The notes under the pieces: generated by a model
Databases searched by the model: none
Told to the model about the DNA's origin: nothing
The model's input: the letters and a program-made list of their open reading frames with translations, nothing else
Position numbers and translations under genes: made by a program
Origin: a virus
Virus record (IMG/VR): IMGVR_UViG_3300033146_001239
Location: 4,085-68,084 of that record
Length of the DNA stretch: 64,000 nucleotides
Strand: one strand, 5' to 3'
Shown here: piece by piece, positions 1 through 7,556 of the stretch
Layout: the number at the start of each line of letters is the position of its first letter
Numbering within the stretch: the first letter of the stretch is position 1

Positions 1-1
1 T

Positions 2-181
2 AGAAATAACAAATTTCAAATGTGCCGAAACTAATTCATCCACAGCATTAGTATCCCCATTCTGTATTCTAATCGCTAATTCTATTTCATCCTCCGATGT
101 TAATTTTTTTTGTTTCTTTTCAATATCTTTAAAATATCTATTAAGACTTTCTTCTTTGGTATCTATAAATTTTCTTTTCAC
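2..181 (-). CDS. Phage-encoded sigma-70/RpoD-family RNA polymerase sigma factor (5' part; continues off the window start)
   Basis: Not in the ORF track. My translation from GTG at 181 is MKRKFIDTKEESLNRYFKDIEKKQKKLTSEDEIELAIRIQNGDTNAVDELVSAHLKFVIS, which fits sigma-70 region 1.2 to region 2.1 (SL..Y..dI...LT.E.E.ELA.RI..GD..A...LV.a.L.FV.S). Confidence 0.8.
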   Translation of the reverse strand, partial: MKRKFIDTKEESLNRYFKDIEKKQKKLTSEDEIELAIRIQNGDTNAVDELVSAHLKFVIS

Positions 182-225
182 CCATAATTAGTTTATTTTA
201 TGTTATTTATATAAATATAGAAAAA

Positions 226-762
226 CTAATTTTCATCGTCTTTCGTTAATTTGGATAATAATTCTTTATCTCTAGTTGTAAAATTTTGGTATCCTTTATC
301 AATGATTTCATTAATTAATCTTTGTTTTTCTTCATTAGTCATAGACGAAACATCGATTATTTTAGCATCTTCAATATCGGTACCACCAGATATTTTAAAT
401 TTTTCATAATTAGTATTTAATATTTCACTATGTATTCTCATTAAAAAATCTCTAGTTGTCATTTCACTATTTAGATTATTTTTATCAGTTTCCTCAAATT
501 TACCAAATAATGTATTATAGACTGACACACTACCAACATCAACCGCATAATTATTCTTACCAAGTTCAAATAAGAAAAAGCCACGTTTATTCGAAGTGAA
601 AAATTCTTTCAATTCACCAACAGTTGCAACTGTTGAAAACGTAGCTATTACTATATTTTTATGTTCAACGAAATTAACGTCTAATTCAGAAATCGCTCTA
701 ATCTCATCCTTAACACCCATTACTTTCCCTAGAACTATGATACAAAAATTTTTTAAATCCAT
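226..762 (-). CDS. Hypothetical protein; C-terminus resembles the small DUF6576-like helical motif
   Basis: ORF 226..810. The ORF-track start overlaps the promoter at 780-810, so the real start is probably MDLKNF at 762. C-terminus INEIIDKGYQNFTTRDKELL. Confidence 0.55.
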   Translation of the reverse strand: MDLKNFCIIVLGKVMGVKDEIRAISELDVNFVEHKNIVIATFSTVATVGELKEFFTSNKRGFFLFELGKNNYAVDVGSVSVYNTLFGKFEETDKNNLNSEMTTRDFLMRIHSEILNTNYEKFKISGGTDIEDAKIIDVSSMTNEEKQRLINEIIDKGYQNFTTRDKELLSKLTKDDEN

Positions 763-779
763 ATTTTTATTTATATATA

Positions 780-810
780 CAAATATATGAAAAAAATATG
801 GATTTATCAA
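780..810 (-). promoter_or_regulatory. Bacteroidetes-type housekeeping promoter (TTG-N20-TATATTTG)
   Basis: Minus strand TTG ATAAATCCATATTTTTTTCA TATATTTG matches the -33 TTG / -7 TAnnTTTG consensus. Confidence 0.6.
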
Positions 811-812
811 GA

Positions 813-3059
813 TTATTTAACAGTTAACTTGGATATATTACCAGTTTTAATAACCGTTAAAATATTATCTGACCAATCGGCAACTATTTTATTATGGGTT
901 ATAATAAAAATTTTATCATACATCTCATTCATTTTTTGGAATAATAACTCGATATAATCTAAATTAATATTAGCCACTTTACCAAATACTTCATCAAATG
1001 TAATAAAATTAGGTGTTGCTAAGGTAGTTATTCTACCTAAGACAGCTCTTAATGCAATCGCTGACGCTGTTTTCTCAAAACCACTACCAGACTTTAAAGG
1101 TTTAGTAACATCATCAAGTATTATATTAAATTCAACATCATTCTTATCATTAATATCTAATTCAACATCAAAATTACATGTTTCACTTAACAATCTATGA
1201 AGTTCTGAGTTGATAATTGGTAATACTGACCTAAGAATCAATTTACTTATACCTTTTTTCCCAACTAATTCAATATACGTTTTATAAACCTTTTCTATTT
1301 TATCCTCTTTAGTTATTTCTTCTATTAATACCTCTTTTTCGTTAATATCAGTGTTAATATTGGATAATCTATTATTATTTTGATTAATACTATCGTTAAT
1401 TGAGTTTTGTCTAACCATTAATTTAGCAATTTCAGTATCTTCCCAAACAATTTGTGATTCTAACTGTTTATTAGACTCGATAATACTAATATTAAGGTTA
1501 TATTCCTTCAATTGTGCACGTTTTTCGGTTATTTTATTACGAAGACCACCCATTTTCACTTCTAACCTATCGCGGGTTAATTCTAACTTATCTCGTTTAT
1601 TAACAGTTTGTTTATCTTCACTCATACTTAATAATTTAGTATCAATTTCGTTAATTCTATCTGTTAACTCATTAATTGTTGTTTTGGTAACCTCAATAGT
1701 TTTAATATTATTGGAAATAGTTTCACTATTGTCAACATCTTTTAATGGTTGACCACAAGTAGGACATATTTCACTATTTTTTAGATTAATATTTTCAGTC
1801 TCTAATGTTGCAACTTCATTTTCCAATTTACCAACATTAATTTTCAACTCATTACGTTCTTTATTTAAATTGAAATCTAATTCTTCATCATAAACAATGT
1901 CTTTTATCTTCTCAATTTCTACGTTACCAAAATCAACTGATTTCTTAGCTTCAATACCTTCACTAATTAAACCCTCTATTTCGTCACTCAATTTATCTTT
2001 ATCAATTGATAGAATCTTATCATCGATATTATGTTTAGATGCCAATAATTTATCCCTCGTTTTATTATGTTTATCGACTTCTGCTTCATTTTCTGATAAT
2101 TCAATAGCTAACCTTTCATTAACAATATTAATTGATTCTATTTCACTTTTCAAATCATTAATATCTGTTGTTAATGTGGTAATATCATAATGATTCGCCT
2201 TCATTGTTTTAACGAACTTATTATACATATCCCTAACAACCCTTTCCTTCTTCTCAATAGGGTCTAAACCGATAAACTTAGTTAATAATTTACCACGAGT
2301 TGTTGGTAAACTACTAATTAAATCGGTTAGATTATCACTTGTGGCTAAAACCATTAATTCAAAATCTGCCTCAGAACCAATTGTATCTTTAATTTTTTTA
2401 GTTGTTTTAATACCATCCTCACCTTTCAATTCTTCATATTCACCATCTGGTGTTATAATTGAATAACTAACTGAACCCCTAACAGTATAACCATTACCAT
2501 TACGCTTTGGTGTCCTAGTAATTTTACGTTCAATTAAATAATCATCATTTTCAATTCTTATTCCACCCCTAACCACTACTTGATTACTATCACTATATTG
2601 GTTAAATATTTCCTCATTTTTATCAGTTTTAGATGTTGTTCCAAAAAACAAAAATTTTAATGCATCAATAGAGAATGTCGTATTATGAGAAACAATATCG
2701 TTAGAATAAAATTCATGTACTTCATCTACTTGTATATCATATAATGTATCCTTAATATCCATTAAATAACATTCTTTGATTGGTGATAATCCGAATCTAG
2801 TTTGAATTAATTCTCCAGGTTTAGCATTAATTAAATTAATAAACTCATCTTTATCGTTTTTTATTTTATGATAATCAGCACCTTCTACATATAAACCACT
2901 CTCTAACTCACATCTATAAACATCGGCATTTTTTTCAGTTATACCACACCACGTTATATCTTTAAAACCATATTGGGTTTCAACCTTTAACCCTAAATCG
3001 CCATATTTTTGATATATATCGTTTAATTCCCCTATCGTTAATTTTATTTCTTTTTCCAT
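813..3059 (-). CDS. sbcC: IntC split-intein fragment fused to the C-terminal part of an SbcC/Rad50/gp46-like recombination ATPase
   Basis: Residues 1-126 are intein-like and end in LYDIQVDEVHEFYSNDIVSHN. They are followed by T-TFSIDAL (second half of Walker A), a long coiled coil, zinc hook CPTCGQ, signature KSGSGFEK, Walker B FITFDE and H-loop IITHN. Confidence 0.9.
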   Translation of the reverse strand: MEKEIKLTIGELNDIYQKYGDLGLKVETQYGFKDITWCGITEKNADVYRCELESGLYVEGADYHKIKNDKDEFINLINAKPGELIQTRFGLSPIKECYLMDIKDTLYDIQVDEVHEFYSNDIVSHNTTFSIDALKFLFFGTTSKTDKNEEIFNQYSDSNQVVVRGGIRIENDDYLIERKITRTPKRNGNGYTVRGSVSYSIITPDGEYEELKGEDGIKTTKKIKDTIGSEADFELMVLATSDNLTDLISSLPTTRGKLLTKFIGLDPIEKKERVVRDMYNKFVKTMKANHYDITTLTTDINDLKSEIESINIVNERLAIELSENEAEVDKHNKTRDKLLASKHNIDDKILSIDKDKLSDEIEGLISEGIEAKKSVDFGNVEIEKIKDIVYDEELDFNLNKERNELKINVGKLENEVATLETENINLKNSEICPTCGQPLKDVDNSETISNNIKTIEVTKTTINELTDRINEIDTKLLSMSEDKQTVNKRDKLELTRDRLEVKMGGLRNKITEKRAQLKEYNLNISIIESNKQLESQIVWEDTEIAKLMVRQNSINDSINQNNNRLSNINTDINEKEVLIEEITKEDKIEKVYKTYIELVGKKGISKLILRSVLPIINSELHRLLSETCNFDVELDINDKNDVEFNIILDDVTKPLKSGSGFEKTASAIALRAVLGRITTLATPNFITFDEVFGKVANINLDYIELLFQKMNEMYDKIFIITHNKIVADWSDNILTVIKTGNISKLTVK
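2682..3059 (-). mobile_element. C-terminal fragment (IntC, 126 aa) of an atypically split intein
   Basis: Contains a block B-like EGADYHKI, block F LYDIQVDEVHEFYSNDIV and block G SHN, followed by Thr (+1, codon at 2679-2681). Confidence 0.88.
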
Positions 3060-3060
3060 A

Positions 3061-4032
3061 TTATTCTTTTAAAAACTTAATACATTTATTTATAACTTCA
3101 ACCCGATTATTTTTATAATCATATTCATTAACATGTAATACTTGATATCCATCATTAATTATTAATTCATCTCTTTTTTCTTCTCTTTTTTTATTTTCAG
3201 ATGTTTTTCTATGAAAATAAGTTCCATCAAATTCAATTATTTTACCCTTATTCTTAATAAAAAAATCTGGTAAAATGTAACTTTCACCTAAATTTAATCT
3301 ATATTCATGGTTTTTACCACTTAAATCCTTTTTATTATTTAATAAAGTTGCAAAATAAATTTCATTATCTTTAATTAAAGATGGTTCTGTATTTATTATA
3401 TCCCAAAACAAATCTTGTGATATTTTACTAAAATTAACCTTTTTATAATTACTTAACCATTTTCTCTGTCGCTCATTAAAAACTTTAATACCTTCTTCTT
3501 CACCATATTTATTTATACAAATTTCTTTTGAAAATGTAACTTGCCTTTCGGACCGTTTTACTTTAGCTTCCTCTAATGAGTAACCCTTGTTTATCCAATA
3601 TTCTAAACTAGTGCTACCTTTTTTACCATTAAGACTTCTTAATTCCTCTCTTTCATTCCATATTTTAGTCCCATCTTCATCACCAAATCTAGCAATACAA
3701 CCACGTAAAGAAACTAATTTTTGACCTTCTATTTGTAAGATAGCATCTTCCTCACTATACCCACGTTTAAACCAATATTCAATATTAACTGGTCTTAATG
3801 TCTTTATATGTTCTTTAGCTTCTAATTCACTAAACCCACGTTTAACCCAATATTTGGTATTATATGGGGAACCTTTTACTATTTCTACACCAGATTTTAT
3901 TAAACGATTTCTGATTACACTCTCATCAACATTATATTTTTTAGCTATAACATATATAGCTTCAAATTTATTAACATATGAATCAACCATATCATTAATT
4001 TCATCCTCATTAAAATTATACCTTTTTCCCAT
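3061..4032 (-). CDS. Free-standing putative homing endonuclease, Vsr/DUF559-like PD-(D/E)XK fold, with N-terminal HTH and repeated helical motifs
   Basis: C-terminal LPDFFIKNKGKIIEFDGTYFH ... RDELIINDGYQVLHVNE. Three YW.(K/N)(R/K)G(Y/F)S..(E/D)A repeats and two CI..(F/Y)G.E.G.K.(W/F) repeats. Lies between the two halves of sbcC. Confidence 0.8.
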   Translation of the reverse strand: MGKRYNFNEDEINDMVDSYVNKFEAIYVIAKKYNVDESVIRNRLIKSGVEIVKGSPYNTKYWVKRGFSELEAKEHIKTLRPVNIEYWFKRGYSEEDAILQIEGQKLVSLRGCIARFGDEDGTKIWNEREELRSLNGKKGSTSLEYWINKGYSLEEAKVKRSERQVTFSKEICINKYGEEEGIKVFNERQRKWLSNYKKVNFSKISQDLFWDIINTEPSLIKDNEIYFATLLNNKKDLSGKNHEYRLNLGESYILPDFFIKNKGKIIEFDGTYFHRKTSENKKREEKRDELIINDGYQVLHVNEYDYKNNRVEVINKCIKFLKE

Positions 4033-4081
4033 AATTTAATATTTATTAATAAATATACCAGAAAACCAGAAAGGTAAGGGT

Positions 4082-4663
4082 TTATAAAAATTCATCTGGT
4101 ATAAAACCTAACACATCCTTTATTTTATCTAAGTCGACCTTTATAACTACCTCTGTATCAGAACGTAAACACTTACCACCTTGATTTTCTGGAATAGAAT
4201 TAATTATTGTCATTCCCTTTAATTTATCAAAATAAATTGGTTCGTTATCACCGAATGATAATAAATTGTTTATCACTAACCATTTTAAATCCCAACGTAG
4301 ATGTTTAGTTTCAGATTCTTCGAATTCTACCGCAGCATTAACTTTATCATCTAAATTAATTATGTGTTTAAAATTAATTTCAACACCTTCACGTTTTAAC
4401 CATTCCTTAAATAATTCACGCTGATAATTTACATCCATAATATTATCGATACCACTATCACCGATTTTAATTAACTCACCATCTTTATTCTTCCTATTCG
4501 GTCTAAAGATAACGTTAACTTTATCCTTTGCCACACCATATTTATTAGCAAAATATGTTTTAACTTTACTACGCGCTTCTCTAGTATAATTCTCTGGAGA
4601 ATCGTCCCAATAAACTCTAATTTTACCATTCACTGGTATTTTATTATTATTATTATTCACCAT
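4082..4663 (-). CDS. sbcC: N-terminal part of the SbcC/gp46-like ATPase fused to a 29-aa IntN split-intein fragment
   Basis: WDLKWLVINNLLSFGDNEPIYFDKLKGMTIINSIPENQGGK is a typical SMC/Rad50 N-lobe ending in Walker A GGK, followed directly by CLRSDTEVVIK (intein block A) and a stop 29 residues later. Confidence 0.88.
   Translation of the reverse strand: MVNNNNNKIPVNGKIRVYWDDSPENYTREARSKVKTYFANKYGVAKDKVNVIFRPNRKNKDGELIKIGDSGIDNIMDVNYQRELFKEWLKREGVEINFKHIINLDDKVNAAVEFEESETKHLRWDLKWLVINNLLSFGDNEPIYFDKLKGMTIINSIPENQGGKCLRSDTEVVIKVDLDKIKDVLGFIPDEFL
4085..4171 (-). mobile_element. N-terminal fragment (IntN, 29 aa) of an atypically split intein
   Basis: CLRSDTEVVIKVDLDKIKDVLGFIPDEFL*. Cys1 codon at 4169-4171 comes immediately after the Walker A lysine. 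Confidence 0.85.
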
Positions 4664-4922
4664 ATATATCTATTTCTTTATTTTCGTTTCTATTTATTTT
4701 CCCTATATCCCCAACCTCTTTTGTTTTAACTGGTTCAACAAATTTATTTTGTATTGACTTTTCTTTCGTGATTCCCAAATCAACATTTAAAACTTTTGGT
4801 TTATTACCATATTTTTCAATCATAAAGGCATCTCTCAATAATTTATTAATAAAGCTATCAACCTCTAAATTATTAATCTTACAATAATCTCTAATATCTG
4901 ATAATAATTTTTCGTTAATCAC
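4653..4922 (-). CDS. Small hypothetical protein, possibly ribbon-helix-helix-like
   Basis: 89-aa ORF overlapping its neighbours. N-terminus INEKLLSDIRDYCKINNLEVDSFINKLLRDAF. Confidence 0.55.
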   Translation of the reverse strand: MINEKLLSDIRDYCKINNLEVDSFINKLLRDAFMIEKYGNKPKVLNVDLGITKEKSIQNKFVEPVKTKEVGDIGKINRNENKEIDIYGE

Positions 4923-5205
4923 TACTCTTTTCGTCTTTTGTATCCTTAGCTGGACCAGTTATTATATCATCAACTTCTGTTTCTGTTTGATGTAAAATAC
5001 ATAATTCCTTAGTATCTTCATCAACATTTATTTGAAGAATTGGTTTATCAATTCTATAGTAATGCTCACCATTAACTTGACCATATTCACCATTAACTAA
5101 ATTAAATGAATCAAATTCATTTGGTAAAGTGTTTAGGAAATTCTTTAATTCAGCAACCGTTATACTATATTTCCCACTTTCCTCATTTTTTATTTCTTCA
5201 CCCAT
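4915..5205 (-). CDS. Hypothetical protein
   Basis: 96-aa ORF tightly packed in the sbcD-sbcC operon. Confidence 0.6.
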   Translation of the reverse strand: MGEEIKNEESGKYSITVAELKNFLNTLPNEFDSFNLVNGEYGQVNGEHYYRIDKPILQINVDEDTKELCILHQTETEVDDIITGPAKDTKDEKSSD

Positions 5206-5206
5206 A

Positions 5207-6019
5207 TTACTTATTAATTAAAATTTCTTTATTATTATCTAAATCATCTAATGACTTAATTGAAAATTGATAAAAACCATAATTCGTTATTATATCATGT
5301 TCCGTATATTTACCAGTTTCGACATCCCATAATAAAAAACCGTGACCAGTAATTGACTCACCAAAATCTTGTTGAATCAATGACCCACTATATGCAATAT
5401 TAGCATCACCATTTTTAAAATTTTGTCGTAAGTGTATATCACCCAATAATACCATATCACAACCATCAAAATAATTAACACCAACCCCGCTATCGGTAAA
5501 TTCATAACCAATAGATGTTTTTGACCCAATTACTGGTGCATGAAATAATCCAACAATTTTTTTATCTGGATGTTGTTCTCGTGTTTCTTCAATATTTGGT
5601 CTAAGGTTATCCTCGAATATTGAATACACAGCCCACATTATATTCTCATCCTCATAACAAATACTATTTTTAAAATAGTGAATATCATTATTATCGATTA
5701 AATTAATAACTGGCGTTAAAGAATCCATTCTATCTTTATTCTCTTCCAATAAATCATGGTTTCCAGCAATTAAAATTACTGGTGCAATTGAAACTAACTC
5801 AGTGAAAAACCAAGTTAATATATCAGTCAGCTCATTCGAGATAGTTATTTTTTGATGAACAATATCACCTACAACAACAATTCTAACTTCATTAAATTCA
5901 TAATCCGATGCAATTTCTTTCGCCTTAATTATGAATTGTTCAATAATTTCACGATATTCTTCGTGTCTTTTATATGTTCTAAAGTGTATATCGCTAATGT
6001 GTATTAAAGATTTTATCAT
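5207..6019 (-). CDS. sbcD: SbcD/Mre11/gp47-like metallophosphoesterase nuclease
   Basis: Motifs HISDIH, VGDIVH, AGNHD, LFHAPV, LGDIH, YSGSLIQQDFGE. Likely start MIKSL at 6019. Confidence 0.9.
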   Translation of the reverse strand: MIKSLIHISDIHFRTYKRHEEYREIIEQFIIKAKEIASDYEFNEVRIVVVGDIVHQKITISNELTDILTWFFTELVSIAPVILIAGNHDLLEENKDRMDSLTPVINLIDNNDIHYFKNSICYEDENIMWAVYSIFEDNLRPNIEETREQHPDKKIVGLFHAPVIGSKTSIGYEFTDSGVGVNYFDGCDMVLLGDIHLRQNFKNGDANIAYSGSLIQQDFGESITGHGFLLWDVETGKYTEHDIITNYGFYQFSIKSLDDLDNNKEILINK

Positions 6020-6034
6020 AAATATATTTTTTAA

Positions 6035-6065
6035 CAAAAATACTATATTTTTTTAACAATATCAA
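6035..6065 (-). promoter_or_regulatory. Bacteroidetes-type promoter (TTG-N20-TATTTTTG) for the sbcD-sbcC operon
   Basis: Minus strand TTG ATATTGTTAAAAAAATATAG TATTTTTG. Confidence 0.6.
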
Positions 6066-6090
6066 TTAACCACGTATTTATTACTATGTA

Positions 6091-6852
6091 TTAATTTTTT
6101 AATTGTGTTTGGTATTTATGATGCATTAATAATTGTCTAGCCTCATGTTTCATATACATGATTGGAATTTTAGTAAACGATAAATCAGCTTTATTAAAAT
6201 AACCAATCCAAATATGTCTACATTTTTTACCAGTCTCCATTTCCATCATCAACGCGTATGTACTTAATTGTAACGAATATACATTGTATTCACAGTCTTG
6301 TAAATGTGAAAATGGTGGTAGTAATGTTTTATTACCATAATCTGAATAGTAATTTATAACTTTATTCGACTTCCAATCGCCAACGTCAAAAAATTCATCG
6401 TCAACATCGATTATTAAATCAGCCGTACCAGCTATTTTAAACTCTTCTGAGAACATTATTCTTTCTGGATATATCTCAATACCCTCATCAATATTTAAGT
6501 CGTGATAGCCATTTAAAACAGCTCGCTCTAAATCATTTTCTGGAAATAACCATTTATTAGCAAATAAATATTTTTCTAATAGTTCGTGGACACCAGTACC
6601 ATACTCATTAGCAGTATCATTTAAATATTGCCAATATTCGATAATTTGCTCCTTACTCATACCATGATAAATCTCATTATGATGCCTAGTACCAAGTTTC
6701 GCAATAGCTTCAGCTACTTTTTCCGTTTCGAATTCTGGTTCAATAGAAGATAATACAGTAGTAACAGATGTATATTGCTCACCTGTTTCTCTATGAATGT
6801 ATATATGTGGTTCTGGGTCAAGATATACCACAGAGTTTAAACGTTTTGCCAT
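6091..6852 (-). CDS. PD-(D/E)XK exonuclease (RecB/Cas4-like superfamily)
   Basis: YTSVTTVL, YGTGVHELLE, IAGTADL, VGDWKSNK, YSLQLSTY. Likely start MAKRL at 6852. Confidence 0.85.
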   Translation of the reverse strand: MAKRLNSVVYLDPEPHIYIHRETGEQYTSVTTVLSSIEPEFETEKVAEAIAKLGTRHHNEIYHGMSKEQIIEYWQYLNDTANEYGTGVHELLEKYLFANKWLFPENDLERAVLNGYHDLNIDEGIEIYPERIMFSEEFKIAGTADLIIDVDDEFFDVGDWKSNKVINYYSDYGNKTLLPPFSHLQDCEYNVYSLQLSTYALMMEMETGKKCRHIWIGYFNKADLSFTKIPIMYMKHEARQLLMHHKYQTQLKN

Positions 6853-6871
6853 AAATTTAAATAATTTATAA

Positions 6872-6903
6872 CAAAAATATGATATTTTTTTCATTTTATC
6901 CAA
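6872..6903 (-). promoter_or_regulatory. Bacteroidetes-type promoter (TTG-N21-TATTTTTG)
   Basis: Minus strand TTTG GATAAAATGAAAAAAATATCA TATTTTTG, upstream of ATG 6852. Confidence 0.55.
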
Positions 6904-6925
6904 ATATTTATAATAAAAGTCTTAT

Positions 6926-7012
6926 ATGAAAAAATTAATTCAAAAAAAATTACGTGAAGATTTAGAATATTTACACACAACAGATGCCACCAAAGATGAA
7001 TTTATTATCTAA
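6926..7012 (+). CDS. 28-aa mini-ORF or truncated gene remnant
   Basis: MKKLIQKKLREDLEYLHTTDATKDEFII*, preceded by TATTTAT at 6905-6911. Its N-terminus resembles that of the convergent 7051..7545 gene. Confidence 0.4.
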   Translation: MKKLIQKKLREDLEYLHTTDATKDEFII

Positions 7013-7050
7013 TGAAAGCAAGAAATGGTGGGATAAATAAATATAAAAAA

Positions 7051-7545
7051 TTAAGTGATAATATTAAGTAATTCATCTTTATTCGGAGCTTGATTAGATA
7101 TACATATATTACCTAAATCACTTGTTTTACAAGTGATATCACTATCTTGTGCTAATTTGTTCCAAATTTTTGGTACTTCGACATCATTCATACGTCTACC
7201 AATACCAGAGAATAAATGACCATAAGTCATAATAATTGCTTTATATATTTTATAAGATAATCCTAAGCCACGTAATTCTTGTGCTAAAGTAATATGTATT
7301 TGAAATAGACCTAGTGATGTAATTTGAATATCAGTAGCAATACCATCCGAAGCACTTGGTATTTGTGGAATGGTTACAAATATAGGTATAATCTTACTAC
7401 CTGGGCCTTGTTCTATTTTTAAATCTGACCAATTAATATTTTTAATATACGATTTTTCTTCATCACTAAGTGTGATATTCTCTGGAGTTCTTAAAAATTC
7501 TAAATCAAGATTTTCTCTCAAAGCTTTTTTTATAAAATTCTTCAT
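7051..7545 (-). CDS. Putative GNAT-fold acetyltransferase-like protein
   Basis: HITLAQELRGLGLSYKIYKAII resembles GNAT motif A, followed by VPKIWNKL. Likely start MKNFIKKALRE at 7545, just after TATTTAT. Confidence 0.55.
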   Translation of the reverse strand: MKNFIKKALRENLDLEFLRTPENITLSDEEKSYIKNINWSDLKIEQGPGSKIIPIFVTIPQIPSASDGIATDIQITSLGLFQIHITLAQELRGLGLSYKIYKAIIMTYGHLFSGIGRRMNDVEVPKIWNKLAQDSDITCKTSDLGNICISNQAPNKDELLNIIT

Positions 7546-7556
7546 ATTAATAAATA

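Noticed and set aside
3060-4084. Group I intron interrupting sbcC
   Set aside because: Only about 50 nt upstream and 1 nt downstream of the endonuclease ORF are non-coding, leaving no room for a ribozyme core. Both flanks have intein motifs and their own stop or start.
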